Shown here piece after piece: positions 26,667 to 39,479 of a DNA stretch of 64,000 bases (position 1 is its first letter; each line of letters opens with the position of its first letter). Made by a program: the position numbers and the translations under genes. The DNA comes from Thalia democratica (taxonomy: Eukaryota). The notes beneath the pieces were generated by a model. That model was not told the DNA's origin. It worked only from the letters and a program-made list of their open reading frames with translations, and did no database searches. The stretch is taken from assembly GCA_965202585.1 (NCBI GenBank), contig OZ241834.1, positions 10,912,001-10,976,000 on the forward strand, written 5' to 3'.

Positions 26667-29600
26667 ATTTCAAATATCTACACTGCCAATCTACGTAAAA
26701 TGTTTTGATTTATAAACAACATAAATAACTATATATTAAGTTTTTGCATAATGTTAAAACTGAGTGCACTTGTTGTCTACAAGTTGACCTTTTGAGCTAG
26801 TACTTCATCAATTTTTTAAGTTTTTAATAAATAAAATTTTTTAACATATTAGATTTAAAACAATAGAAAACTTTGAATAATGTTTATTTTAATAAAAGTT
26901 TAAAGTAGAGTAATTTACTTGATTAACACTAAGTAGCTAATCATACTGTTGTATTGCAGATAATAATAAAAACTATTTAACTTATCAAGAACCTACAAAT
27001 ATATTATAAACAAATAGAATAACATTATAATAGTTTAAAAGTAGTTTTACTACCTACAAATTTTCTACGCTAATTTTTGAAATATGTTAACATTTAAATT
27101 TTTAACACAATTGCGTACAGTTTCGGTAACATTGCTTTTAAAAAAAAAATATTTTTGTTGAATCTTATAAAAATATTTTAAGTAAATTCTTTAGTTTGCT
27201 TTGCATTTAATACAGAAAAAAAACAGAATATAACAAGTAATCTTTGTTATGCTTTCAACTTTGTAAAATGAATTTAAATTAAACCAAGAGTTTAAGCTTT
27301 ATCAGATTAGTTAAAAACTGTTCTATTAAGAAAAAATTTAAGTGTTTTTTAGTCAGTTTTACGTTTTTTAAACAAAAAACATTTTAAAACAAACTAAAAT
27401 CTTTACTCTTGACCAACTTTCAAAAAACTTCGTCAAATAAAACTACTTTTAAAACACAATTTCAATCATATTTTAAAACAATTATTTGTTTAAGTTATTT
27501 AGATTTTTTCAAATGTTAGGATAAAAGCTTTTCTAATTCATTTTTAGTGTTTTTTATTGTTCATTATCTTGTCTTTAATTGGAGTATTTAGGTAACTAGA
27601 AACTATTAAATAAGTAAAAGTTCATAAAGTTTACTAATTAAAGATAACTATAAACTACTTACTTAATTAGATTTAAATAAAACTTCAAGCTTTAGTAAAA
27701 TACGATTAAAACCTTAACATATTGTGAAAACCATTTTAAAATATAAGTTACTACTTACATTTATAACTAAATACAAGCTATAAAATAAAGTTGTTTACTA
27801 AACTATACACGAATTAAAAATTAAATATTTATACACTAGTAAAGTAAATAACATGGAAATTTTGTTTTATCAGCTAAAACAGATTTATAGGACAATAAAT
27901 AAGCAGTTTTTGATCAACTATGAATGAATTAGAATATGCTTTTATTAAATTAAGTATTATAAAAAAAAACATAGTTTAGTTTCCTATTCCATAAAATACA
28001 AAAATTGACAACAACATTTGTTTCAATGTAAAAAAAATATATATAACACATTAATAAACCTACAAAGAAAACATATAAAATAGTATAAAAAAAAATCTAA
28101 TAAAATATGTTGGTCAGCTTTTTATGATTATCTTGTTCTTAAATTTTCTATTTCATGTATAGTATATTTAGCTCACTGATAAACGGATTACTATTGAATT
28201 TATCATACTGCATACTATTTTCTACTTACTACCAAACAAAACTAGCTTTAAAGTTTTAATTAAAATGCACTTAACTCTAACAAATTCCTTTTAACTACAT
28301 GTAGTCTTTTTTTAACTACTGTCAATTAAATATTTTTTTTTAGATAAAGTAAGTAATTAAAAAATATTTAAAAGTAAGGTTAAGCAACACTAACAAATAG
28401 CTAAATACTAGCTGTTGTAAAATGATAATAAAAACATAGTTCATAACGTGATAAGCTAAAAATACAAAAACAAAACGCTTATTTTTTTTTTGTTGTTTCA
28501 TTGTTTAAAAAAAGACAAACTTCACGAGTTAAAACAAAAGAGTTTATAAAGATATATTTGACTAATAAATTTTGTATGCAAATAAAATTAGTTGTAATCA
28601 TATGTAACTTTTTTATACTAGTTATTGGTGTTTCTCTGAAATATTTGAGCAATATTTAAGGCTACTTAAAACATAAATATTTTTTTAACTTTTTAATACT
28701 TTTTCTGTTTAAAAAAATTCTAATAACTATTAGTAGGTTTTAAATAACAAAAAAAAAAAACTATCAATCACTACTATTCTTAAAAAGATTTTTTTATTCC
28801 AAGTTAAGCTTGATGATCTTAAGTACAAAACACAATAAAACTGATACATGTTAAAATTATTTGACTTCTTAAACAAAGCACAAAAGTTTACTGTACAGTT
28901 GCTTAACATTAAGCTAAATGTCTTATACTTAAGTAAAATGTTTAAAAAGTAAAATTTAAGCTTGATACATTAAAAAAGTATTTTATGCATCCATACAAAT
29001 ATTATTTGTATGCATTTACTTATAGTAGCATTTTTAGTAACATTTAAATTAATGATTAACATGCAAACAAAATAAAATATTTCATTTAAGTTTATTTTTT
29101 GTTGTTTGAGCTTTAATACATAATTTTATGGTTTAAATTTAGCGAAATCTGATACAGTGGTTCTTAAATTTTTAAAAGCCTGTGCACAGTAAGTAACTAA
29201 AGAATAAGTTGTAATTAAACTAGACAGTTAGGTATATAAGCTCTTAGTATTAAAACTAATAAGGTTGTGGACATTTATCTCTTTCTAAATAATTTAACAA
29301 ATTTTGTAAAGATTAATTTAAAAATTTATTTTTCAAACAACAAAATGACACTTTTTTTTCTACGGTTGGAAAGTTTTTTTTAACTTAACAGTTTTTGTAC
29401 TTAGTAAAACCATTTTTATAAATGTACTACTGTGCTGTGTATAGGTGGACTATTTGAAAAATTTGATCTTAATGAACCTTTTTTTATTTTGTGAGTTATA
29501 TATTTAAAAATAAGACATTTTAAGTTTCTAAATAGTTGTAAAAAAACTTCGACTCTTAAAATGAAATCTAGCTTATTTGAAAACTTTTTTTTTTGTATTT

Positions 29601-31045
29601 TCCGCTTTGTTTTTAAAGATAAAAGTATTAATAAAGGATTAATACTATTATACAAAAATGTTTATTATATTACTCTATAAAACTCTAGTTCTTTTATAAA
29701 GTTTATTAATTAAGGAAAATTTTACCACATTTGCATACAGAATATACAAGAAGATTTTATTTTAGTTTTATTGTTCATAAAAAATCACAGATTTTTATTT
29801 TTTTCTTAAAAAGTCTGAAAAACTCTCATTGACGAAATAAGTAAAGTATACAAACAAACTTAGTTTTATTTTCCTGTCACTTTTACACTGCTTAAATGAA
29901 AAAACAAAACAAACAAAGTACAAATGTTTACTAATCTAAATAAATAGTTTATTACATAGAAAGTTTGCTTAAACTACTTAATCTAAATTTATTGCTTTAA
30001 ACTTGTTCCTTTAAAAAAAAAATCCTGTAATTTTTTTTGGTTTTATAGAGGCAAACAATCATACATTTGTTAAAATATAATTGTTTTATAAAAAGAAACT
30101 ATCTGGGTTTTTACCATATTATATATACAACTGTATTCTAAACACTTTACATAGATAAAGTTTAATTTTTTAATAAAAATTCTTTTAAGTTTAAAGATTT
30201 AGGTTTTTTTAATTTTTAAATGGTATATGTTTTTAATAAATTAGTAACAGAATAAATTGTTTAGAAGTCAATTTAGAATCAGCTTTTATTAAGAAAGTTT
30301 GTTGTTACTAACAAACTTAAAACTTCAAGCTGTTGAGTTAAGTTGAGGCCACACTTGCTAGAATAAATTACTTTTAATTTTTTCTTGAATTTTCTCCTAA
30401 CCTACCATTGTAAGTAAAGCACAGTTACCAGAATTTTATGAGCAAATAAGTAATTACTCGAGCACGACTTTTAAATCAAGACAAGAGCTAGTTATTCAGT
30501 ATTCAGAACTTTTATTTCTTGAGTTCAAGCAAACGTTTAAAATACAGTCTACTACACTTCAGTACAGTTTGAAATCCTTTAAACTATTTTTAAAAACAAA
30601 TTACAAACTTATTCACTTCTTTGTCTTATCAAAACCTTAGTGGAAAGATCTATCAAAACGAAAATACAACAGAATATAAGTTGATTACAAAGAGTTTTGC
30701 ACCATATATAAGTTTTTAAATACTCAAGTTTAAAGTTGAAAAAATACATCTGACGACCTAAAAAAAACATACCAAAATCATACAAATGAACATTGGTAAA
30801 AACTAATGAAGAAGAAAACGGTTGCTATATTAAAATTCAGCACTTAGTATTATTTCGTGTTTAGTTAAGCTTAAGTAAGTAGCTTAATAATTTAGTTTCT
30901 TTGTGTAAAAGTAGTAGAGTTTATTTAACACAGTAAAAAAAGTCAACAGTAACATATAAAGTCAAAGAATCTGGTTTAAAAATAAGCTTCTCGATAATCG
31001 AGATTCAAAATACTACTTTTTTGTTTTTTTTTTGTTGGCCTATAC

Positions 31046-31414
31046 CAAGGGCTGGCAAACTTCAACTCGCTAAGGATTAAAGTGCGATTCGAGCATGTTT
31101 TTGTTTTCAACCGTATACGACCTGTTAAACTTCGGCTTGCAAAACGTTCCCTAGATTTCCCAAGGTTTAAAGTGAAGATTAAAAAAAGGTCTAAAGTAAA
31201 TTTCAAGGGCAATTTAAACTTACACTAGGCATTTTTATTTTTGAAATGGAGAGGAAAAAAGTGTTAGGTACAATTTACGAGAAATAAAAAAAAGTTACAC
31301 TAGTACTTTTGGGTCTGTTATGAAGAGTAAATACTAGAACTACAAATACAGCCCGGGAACATTTTTATTTAAAAAAATGGCTCGAGGCCACCAAATGCCT
31401 GGCGCCGACCCATG
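31046..31414. mobile_element. hAT-type MITE followed by further hAT-like ends
   Basis: Ends caagggctggcaaac / ggcgccgacccatg; flanks gcctatac / gtctatag (6/8). A new end cagtggttcttaacctgggg starts at 31423, immediately after the right flank, and caggggtcgg starts at 31864. Confidence 0.5.
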
Positions 31415-32386
31415 GTCTATAGCAGTGGTTCTTAACCTGGGGTAATCTCTATAGTCTATACTCTATAGTAAATTTATTGTGATAAAGATGAAACATATGC
31501 TTAAAAATTATTTTGTACAAAGATAGTTTGTAGATTTCATATTGCTAAAATTATTTACTTTTTGTTTTGGTTATCAAAAAACTTTAGTTTTCTGAAAATA
31601 TAATTATAAAATTTCAATTGAGTCTTGTTATAAAACATTAGAATACTACCTTCAGTAAATTTAGAACGTAAAAGAAGAAGATTGAAAAATCCTTTATTCT
31701 GTCTGGACTTAAAAACCGCAAATTAAAAAAAAATTAGATAATTTTTTTTTTCCAAAAACTAAAACTTTTCTCATAAATTCTTTTGCTGTATTTAGTTTTA
31801 GTATTTAAACAGCTCACATTTTAGTAAAGATTGACTACAAATTTCTAACTATTTCTTATAGACCAGGGGTCGGAATATTTTTACAGATATCTGTCTAATT
31901 TTCTTTAAAAAATTTTCTCGCGGTCCACACTCTATAGAAAAAAGTCTTCTGGTAGCAGTAATTAAAAACAATTCTTAATCCACAAAAAAGTACTACTTTT
32001 GATCAAAAACGTCAGAAAATAAGACTAACAAAGTATAAGTTTTTAATATCTACTTAAATAAAAGTCTAATCGTAACTTTTGCCACAATTTTTTCTTATCG
32101 TTTACAAATAAGTATGTTATTTGCAGGAAAATACATTACGGGCTGCATTTTGCCAACCCTATCCAAGACTTTTTATGACAAAATTACAACTTTATGAAGT
32201 TTGTAAGATTAAATACTCTTAAAAAATGTGGTTTTTGAAACTTTTATATATTTTTTAAAATAAATTTTTGTATTATCGTCTGCTCAAAATTTAAAAACCG
32301 ACACAATAATTACTAATTGTACTAGTCATTAAGTTTATTCTTAATTTTTTTATGCGAAATAAAGAGGGTTGGTGTCAAAAAGTACA

Positions 32387-32510
32387 GCGTCACTTTAGCA
32401 CGGAGTGACATTTTAGCACGGAGTGTCATTTTAGCACGGCGTCACTTTAGCACAGACTGACACTTTGGCATGGAGTGACACTTTGGCACGGCGTCACTTT
32501 AGCACGGAGT
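32387..32510 (+). repeat. 17-18 bp minisatellite (7 units), probably the subterminal array of a TIR element
   Basis: Units gtgacactttagcacgga / cgtcactttagcacgg. Two to three inverted degenerate units occur at 33298-33337. Confidence 0.75.
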
Positions 32511-33479
32511 AATTTAAGCTCTTTTAAAATGTTCATTAACATGATGTTCAATTACTCAATAACTATTAAGTTAACAAACAAATAAATGCGGAAATTAGTT
32601 CTAACTCCTTTGAAAATATCTTCCTAAAAAAGTATAAATTAAGTTTTTACTAGTAGCACTTTATTTTTTTTTTCTAAACAAGAAATAACAATAAAGCTTA
32701 ACGGGTAAAAAAAAATTGAATTAGTTTATTTGTCGTGTAGTAGTCTATGTATAATTTTTCTGTCAAATAGAAAAATATAAAAAAAGATGCGAGACGCAAA
32801 AATGTAGAAATAAGAGGAAGTTTACATCTTAATGTATCGTGATGTTTATAGATATATATTTTTTTTTAATGGAACAAATAATTTTTAATAGGCTATAAAG
32901 TTACTTGAGCTTGTAAAAACGAAAGTAAATTGTTTATAAATATTTATTAACTTTTATTTTAAATTTACCCTTAAAGTTTCACCTTATCAAAATTAATTAA
33001 AGTTTTTTTTTGAAAACTTAAGAAAAAGCCTAAACCTTATATATATTGTTAGCTTTATAAAATAGCTTAAGTTGAAAATATGAAAGTAAAAAAAAAAAAT
33101 TTTGTTGAAAATTGCATAGAAAATAAGTTAACAAAAATTGTAAATTTAATTTTAATTTAGTTTCATTAAAACTTACTCTTGTAAAGCACATTTAGATCTT
33201 GATAACTTTTAGTTTGCATGTTGCATAAGTCGATTTTAAGCTTTTAAACATAGCAGTACAAATTTTATTTAAGCAATAAAAAAATCAAAGTCAATTACGT
33301 GCCAAAGTTTCACTCTGCGCTAAATTGAAGCCGTGCTTTTCTGACTCGTTCCAAAATAAAGAGCAGCAGGGCTGCCAGAGTAATAATGAGTTTTTTAACT
33401 GAACATGAATGATTTACCTTAGTTAGTTTTAAATCAAATTGGTATGCCCGAGTGATTTTTTTAACTTTTCGGATTGACA

Positions 33480-33790
33480 AATTTCATGCCTGAAGAGCAG
33501 TCTTAATTTTAACTACCAAAGCAAATTTAATTTAAAATTTATATACAAAGACTTAAGAAACTTAAATACTTATTTTTATTTTAGCTTTAATTAAGTAGTG
33601 TATAATAGTTTGTATAACTAGAATTTAAAAGATTATTCAGGTATCATGATGCTACATAAAAACTATTTTGAAATCATTAAAAAAAAGTTCAAATCTTTAA
33701 CAAAGTAATAAGAAATAACTAACTTAAAATTGTGATGGTCAAAAACTGTAAATTACTTTATTACAACTAGAACTAAACCGTTATGAAAAA
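33480..33790 (+). repeat. Diverged dispersed repeat, second copy at ~44700-45010
   Basis: gaagagcagtcttaattttaactaccaaagcaaattt vs taagagcagtcttaagttcaactaccaaagcaaattt, with patchy similarity continuing about 300 bp. Confidence 0.5.
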
Positions 33791-34291
33791 AATCCTTGGT
33801 TTTTAACTTAAATCTTCGTACATATGTTATATGTTTTGATTTATTGAAAAAAAAAACAGTAATCTTTTCTTCAATAGGAGAAAATTTATATAGTTTATTC
33901 TTTTAAAACTTCAATTAGACTAGTTAAGTATTAGAAAAGTAAACTATATTTTTATACATATGGCAAATTTTTTTTTTATTACTTTATGTAATTAAAATTC
34001 TAACTAAATAGAACGAATATCACATAAAAGCTAAGCTCATTAAGTATTCTTTGAACTTGTATTTTAAACAATTTTTTTTATTAATTTTAAATAGCATTAA
34101 GTTGTTGAAAAGCTTAAACCGTGTTCTTTTTTACAATTGCTTACTAAATCAACTTATTAATTATTATTTTAAGCGTAAAATGCACATACCTTTATAAATG
34201 ATTCTTATAACACTAAAGAGTAAGCATACCTTCATAAAAAGATAACTTTTAAGGCCTAAGTTTATATTTATAACACAATCAGGCAGTTTAT

Positions 34292-34888
34292 CTATAGTTT
34301 ATTACAATACACTAAAAAAATCATCTCTTTTCCATCAGCAGCTAAAAACTCTTGTTCAAAATTTCTCATAGTTTCCGCTGTTTTTTTTCTTTTTCCTGAA
34401 CCAAAAGAATGCAATTGCGAGGTCGACTGTTGTAGCTGCAAAACAGCAAGCAGAAGCGGCGTTTCCTCTTTCAGAGGCTCAGCAGTTGTGTCACCGGTTG
34501 CAGTGTTTAAACAAACATACCTTTTTTTCGGCAACAACGACGTTACTGTAGTCCTCATCAAACACAGGGCAAAAATAAAACTTTTGACAACTTTTGTTAC
34601 TTCTTCTTTTTAAGCGGTTAAAAGTCCTCCGAATTTTTCACTCGTTCGTCTCTTTGTCGACTCCAATGTGGGATTTTTGTATTCAAAGCAGTCGATGCCG
34701 TCGAGATTGAGGGTGGCCCTGAGTTATTCTCTGACCTCCTACCTTGTTAAGGGCGCCAACATTTTGCCGTTTCTTGCAAAAATTCGCTTCGCCTTGCATT
34801 TGTAAACGTCTTCGTCGTGAAAGGTGAAAATTTCGGTTTAAGTTTAAGCCTTCGTCTTGCAGTGGTCCATTGACTTGTAAGGCACCAT
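34292..34888 (-). pseudogene. GC-rich island with a 199-codon stop-interrupted reading frame, unknown family
   Basis: One frame reads MVPYKSMDHCKTKA*T*TEIFTFHDEDVYKCKAKRIFARNGKMLAPLTR*EVRE*LRATLNLDGIDCFEYKNPTL..GLLTA*KEEVTKVV..EQEFLAADGKEMIFLVYCNKL*. Composition is exon-like, but I recognise no homology. Confidence 0.35.
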
Positions 34889-35703
34889 GTTCTGACAAAA
34901 GTTTATAAGCATGTGAGTTTATAGCAATGATGTTTGTTTTCATCACGTTAAATCAGTTTTTAAAAATATGAAAAACAATTATGAAAAGATTGCATTTAAA
35001 CCAAGTTTGATATAAATTTGAATTTTAAATGATGCAAGCATGCCAACTGATAAAAAAGAAGTGTTTATAAAAATATTCAGTTTAAAAAATATTTCTTGTT
35101 GTGTTTACGGGTCCCAAACTATAATTATGAATGCTATACTCAACCATTTTTTGTCGTTAAAACAGTTTCCCATAGGGTTTTAATGTGTCAAGTCTGCAAC
35201 AAATTATAAAGCTTGTGTAAGCTTGAAAGACATACGAAAGAAGGCCATATGGAACTTTTTGGGAAACTCTGCACTATATTGTTCTTTTTTTGAAATAGAA
35301 AAAAACAGTAGTAGCTTATATGCTCGACAACATAGAGGTTAATTAAAGACGTTATAAATTTTTTACCCTATTTGTGTTTAGATTATATTAAAAGTAAGTC
35401 GAACTTAAAAAAGTAGTCTCTTGTATATAATATGTTCTCTATATTCATAAAACATTGTTAAATCATCATTCATTAAACTTAAACTGAATATTTGCGTTTT
35501 TTTCAATCTGAAATTTCAATATTAGTTATACCTATTTAGTCGTATTTTTTAAATCTTTTTCAGTACTGAAAATAACTTAAAGCCAACCCTACTTTTAGTT
35601 GGTATGTTAAACGGTTTACTCTTTCTACCCTTTTAAAATATAAAACCTTTTACCCGCTAACTATTAACTTCTATTTTTTTTTTTTTTAAAGCACAGTTTA
35701 AGG

Positions 35704-38162
35704 TAGGGGTGGGCAACGTACGGCCCGCGGGCCGGATCCGGCCCGCGAAGTGAAAATGACCGGCCCCCAAACCTTTTTTAAATTTAAATGGAATCCAGTC
35801 CGCGGACAAAATTGATCCGGCCTGCGAGTGGATGATCCGGCCCGCTAAGCATTTTCAAAATTTATATGAAATCCGGCCAACCAATGTAAATATTACAAAA
35901 TTTGTAAAAAACCTTTTTAGAATTATTTTAATAAAAAAAAAATGTAAGACTTTGACCCTGAAAACGTTTGTAAAATTGGCTTTTTATTTTTGTGGTTATA
36001 ATAACACTGTTTTGTTAAAGTATTTTTTTCTGTTTCGAGTCAGTTAAAGTAATGCTTTCTCAAATTATCCAAAAACAATTGTTTGCTGAACTAACTTTGA
36101 TGATCTTACCTACCATAATGACTTTCATAAAAAATGGATGTCTTAAAAATTGTCTTTCCCAGATGTGTAGTGAGTTGTTCTTATACTTGTTTAGAAAAGT
36201 AAAAAAAAATCTTTTTAAGCATTGACAATTATTTTATGTCAAACTGCTCAATATTAAATTTTAATAAAATATTATAAGTTTAGACTACAATTTCCACTCT
36301 TTTTTGCTATTGATTTTTTTATTTTTGGCTTTTTGATTAATTATATGGTTAAGTTTAGTGATAAGCAATTGATGACAATAGTTTCACTTGATAATGAGTT
36401 TGGTCGTCGTTTTTCAGACTTTCAACAACTAATAGAATGATTTGATATTGTGTCATCATAGTTGACGTTTGACACCGAAAATGCACCTAGTATTATACGG
36501 TTAGAACTGCTTAACTTCAATGTGACAGTACACTAAAAAAAATTCAAACCTTATAAGTTTGACAGATTTTACGCCCTACTTAACAAGTCAAAGTTTGTTA
36601 ATTTAAAAAAGATGGCAATGAAGTTACTTGTTCTGTTTGGGTCTACATATATTTGCGAACAAACATTCTTAACCATGTATATAAACAAAAGTTAGCTGCG
36701 TTCAAATCTTACTGATACCAATCTGCAGTCATTACTGAGAATATCTACTTCGAATATACTTCCAGATTTTAAACAACTTGTTAAAAACTTTGATGATCCA
36801 CAAATGTCTCATTGACTTCTTTTTAGTGTAATCATTCTTGCTAAACTTTTTAATCTTACATTTAAAATATAATATGACAGTATTATATTTTAGTTTTTCG
36901 TTTAGTACTATTTTCATTAGTGAAACTTATCTTAATCCAAAAGTTTATTAAATTAATATAGTTATCATGTTTAATTATTAATTAATCTCTTTTTTATTTT
37001 AGTATTTCGGTACTTTATGTTATACTTTTATAAAAGTATTTTAGATGAATTGTTTGACAATATTATTTTTCGAGTACAGAACTTAGTTAAGTTTCATAAG
37101 TTGATTCATTATTGATATTTTGAAAGTAAAAGTACAAGAATTTTAAGCCAAAGTAGTTTTTTATCTAGGTTTAACTGTTTTTTAATATGTTGATATGAAA
37201 ATTTAAATCAAATATATAATTTTTGTTGCTTTTAGTAGATTTTTAGATATATTTTTATGTATTATTGAACGAGCCAAAGTTTGTCAACTTCAAAATATGA
37301 CTATGAAACTAGTTGTTTTGTTCGAGACTTCATACATTTGAAAACAAACATAACCGACCATAAACATTTAAAAAGGATTAGCTAATTTCAAAACTAATCG
37401 GTATTTCAGTACACTTGCAGAATTTCCCAAACCGTCATGCAACTAGATTTAAACAACTGTATTATATGATTTACCTTAAGTGTTTCATCGAGACTTTTTA
37501 ATTTAATTTTTTCGCTTTTTATGGTAAAACTGTTTATTATATCAGAATTATTTGTTGTTTGGTTTCTTTTATACGTGCAAAAATATGTAATGAATCTTTA
37601 TTAGTTTGTTCAAATTATAAGTTAATAGTTTAATTTTGTAATATTAGTTAACTTCTGAATATTATTATTAATATAAACTCCAGCCAAGGATTGGCAAAAT
37701 TAGATAATTTCGGATAGTTAACAATTTTTCAATGTTTTAGCTTGAAATATTAGGCTCGAGTATTTTTTAGTAAGTAAGCTATTGTTTTTGTAAGACTAAC
37801 TAGTATTAATTCGGTCCAGACTTATAATAAATATAGAGTTATGAATACTTAATAAAAATTTACACAAAGTTTCATGCTTGAGAACCTTGGTACTTAAAAT
37901 ATTAATTCCAAATTCTGAAATACCCGATCAATTAGCATCCAGCCGGATCGAAATCTTTTTCAAATTAGCTTCCATTCGGATCCGGATCTCTTTTTTTTAA
38001 ATAAGTGTTTAGCCGGATCAGGATAATATTTTCAAATAAGGATCCGGATCTAAAAAAGGATCCAGCTGAATCCGGTAGATCACTAACTTGAAATGCTCCG
38101 GCCCGCTGAGGACTATTTTTTTTTGGATCCGGCCCGTCAACTATTTACGTTGCCCACCCCTA
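35704..38162 (+). mobile_element. hAT (Buster/Charlie-type) DNA transposon, internally deleted, decayed transposase
   Basis: 17-bp TIR taggggtgggcaacgta / tacgttgcccaccccta; perfect 8-bp TSD gtttaagg (35696-35703 and 38163-38170); ggcccg subterminal repeats; hAT C-terminal dimerisation relic at ~36600-36770 (KKMAMKLLVLFGSTYICEQTF..LRSNLTDTNLQSLLRIST). Confidence 0.93.
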
Positions 38163-38567
38163 GTTTAAGGTATTGAATGCCTTATACTTTTGTGCTAAAA
38201 GTAAAGTTGTTCAGCCCATAAATACAATACAAAACTTTTCTAGCATCATCCTTAACAAAAAACCTAAACAATTTTTTTAAATAATTTAAACTCGCAACTG
38301 TTAAACCGTTTTGAAAGATATTGGTTACAGCATGTAAACAGTTTTTTTTTAAATTAAAGACATTGGTTTTATAAAAAAAATTTAAGTTTAACTTTTTGTT
38401 GAATTTACTTGAGTTGTTTTGATGAACATAACTTTATCGTAATAAACAGTTTAAGTAATAGTAAACTGTTTTAGTAAATACAAACACTTGTAGTTCAATT
38501 CTATACACGAACTATTTGATGTACAAAAACTTCGTGAATAAACTTTTTATCTACGAAAAAGTTTTTG

Positions 38568-39059
38568 TTATCTAAGAATAAAGAAGGTAATAACACTATA
38601 TAAGCTAGGCTGCTTGACTGTCTGCAGGACTTTGAAATAATCCCAAATTACCCGCACAAAGTCGGCTGTGTAATGTGTTTGCAGTGCTTTGATGCACGGC
38701 AGCAACACAACCTCGATTGTGCAAAAGTACAAAACATCCTCTACCAACGATGCCACCGTCGTGTTCTCAAAATTAAATTGAACATGAGACTAGCAACGAA
38801 TAAGTGCTGAGGCGTACTGGTCGCTATGTACAGTACTTCAAGCCAGTGCAAGTTTTGTTGGCTTGTTCATATATTGCGTTGAATGACAGGCGGGTTCCGA
38901 AGGCTTTGCTTTGCAACAAGTTAGCCGTTTGCAAAATTTCGGAGTTGACAAAAAGCATACTGACAATTGAAACATTCGGCGATCCTTCACTAGCAAGGAA
39001 CTAGAAGAAAAAGATATAAGTTTTTTATCAAACCCAAGAGGACGAAGGGATATATATAA
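38568..39059 (-). pseudogene. GC-rich island with a long frame broken by two stops, unknown family
   Basis: Minus frame LYISLRPLGFDKK..PKFCKRLTCCKAKPSEPACHSTQYMNKPTKLALA*STVHSDQYASALIRC*SHVQFNFENTTVASLVEDVLYFCTIEVVLLPCIKALQTHYTADFVRVIWDYFKVLQTVKQPSLY. No family recognised. Confidence 0.3.
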
Positions 39060-39479
39060 TTGTTATAACTAAACTTTTTGTGTTAATCTTACAGTTTTTT
39101 TTTTTAATTTGCATCATACTGAGTTTTATTAAAATTGACAGTTTGTTTTTGTAACTAACCTTACCACATTAACTGTGTGTTGTCTTTTTTTATGCTGTTG
39201 TGTAGACAAATTTTGTTCGCAAGTATGGCCGGTTTCGGATGGAGGCGAGTCATTATTATTGGTAATAACTATTTCATTATAAAATAAACAACATATTGAT
39301 AATCTTAGTATTTAAATTTTTTTTAATCAAAAGATTATAGTGTTTTTTTTTTCTTTTTTCTATACCTATTGTACAGTTATACAAGAAAACTATTTAGTTT
39401 TATTACTATAAAACTCTTATTTGTCTTTTTTTTTTTGAAAAATAAAGGCTTAAAAGTTTCAATCTATTTTTTGCAAAAA

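Noticed and set aside
32387-32510. CRISPR-like appearance of the short repeat array
   Set aside because: Units are directly tandem with no unique spacers, there are no cas genes, and the context is eukaryotic.
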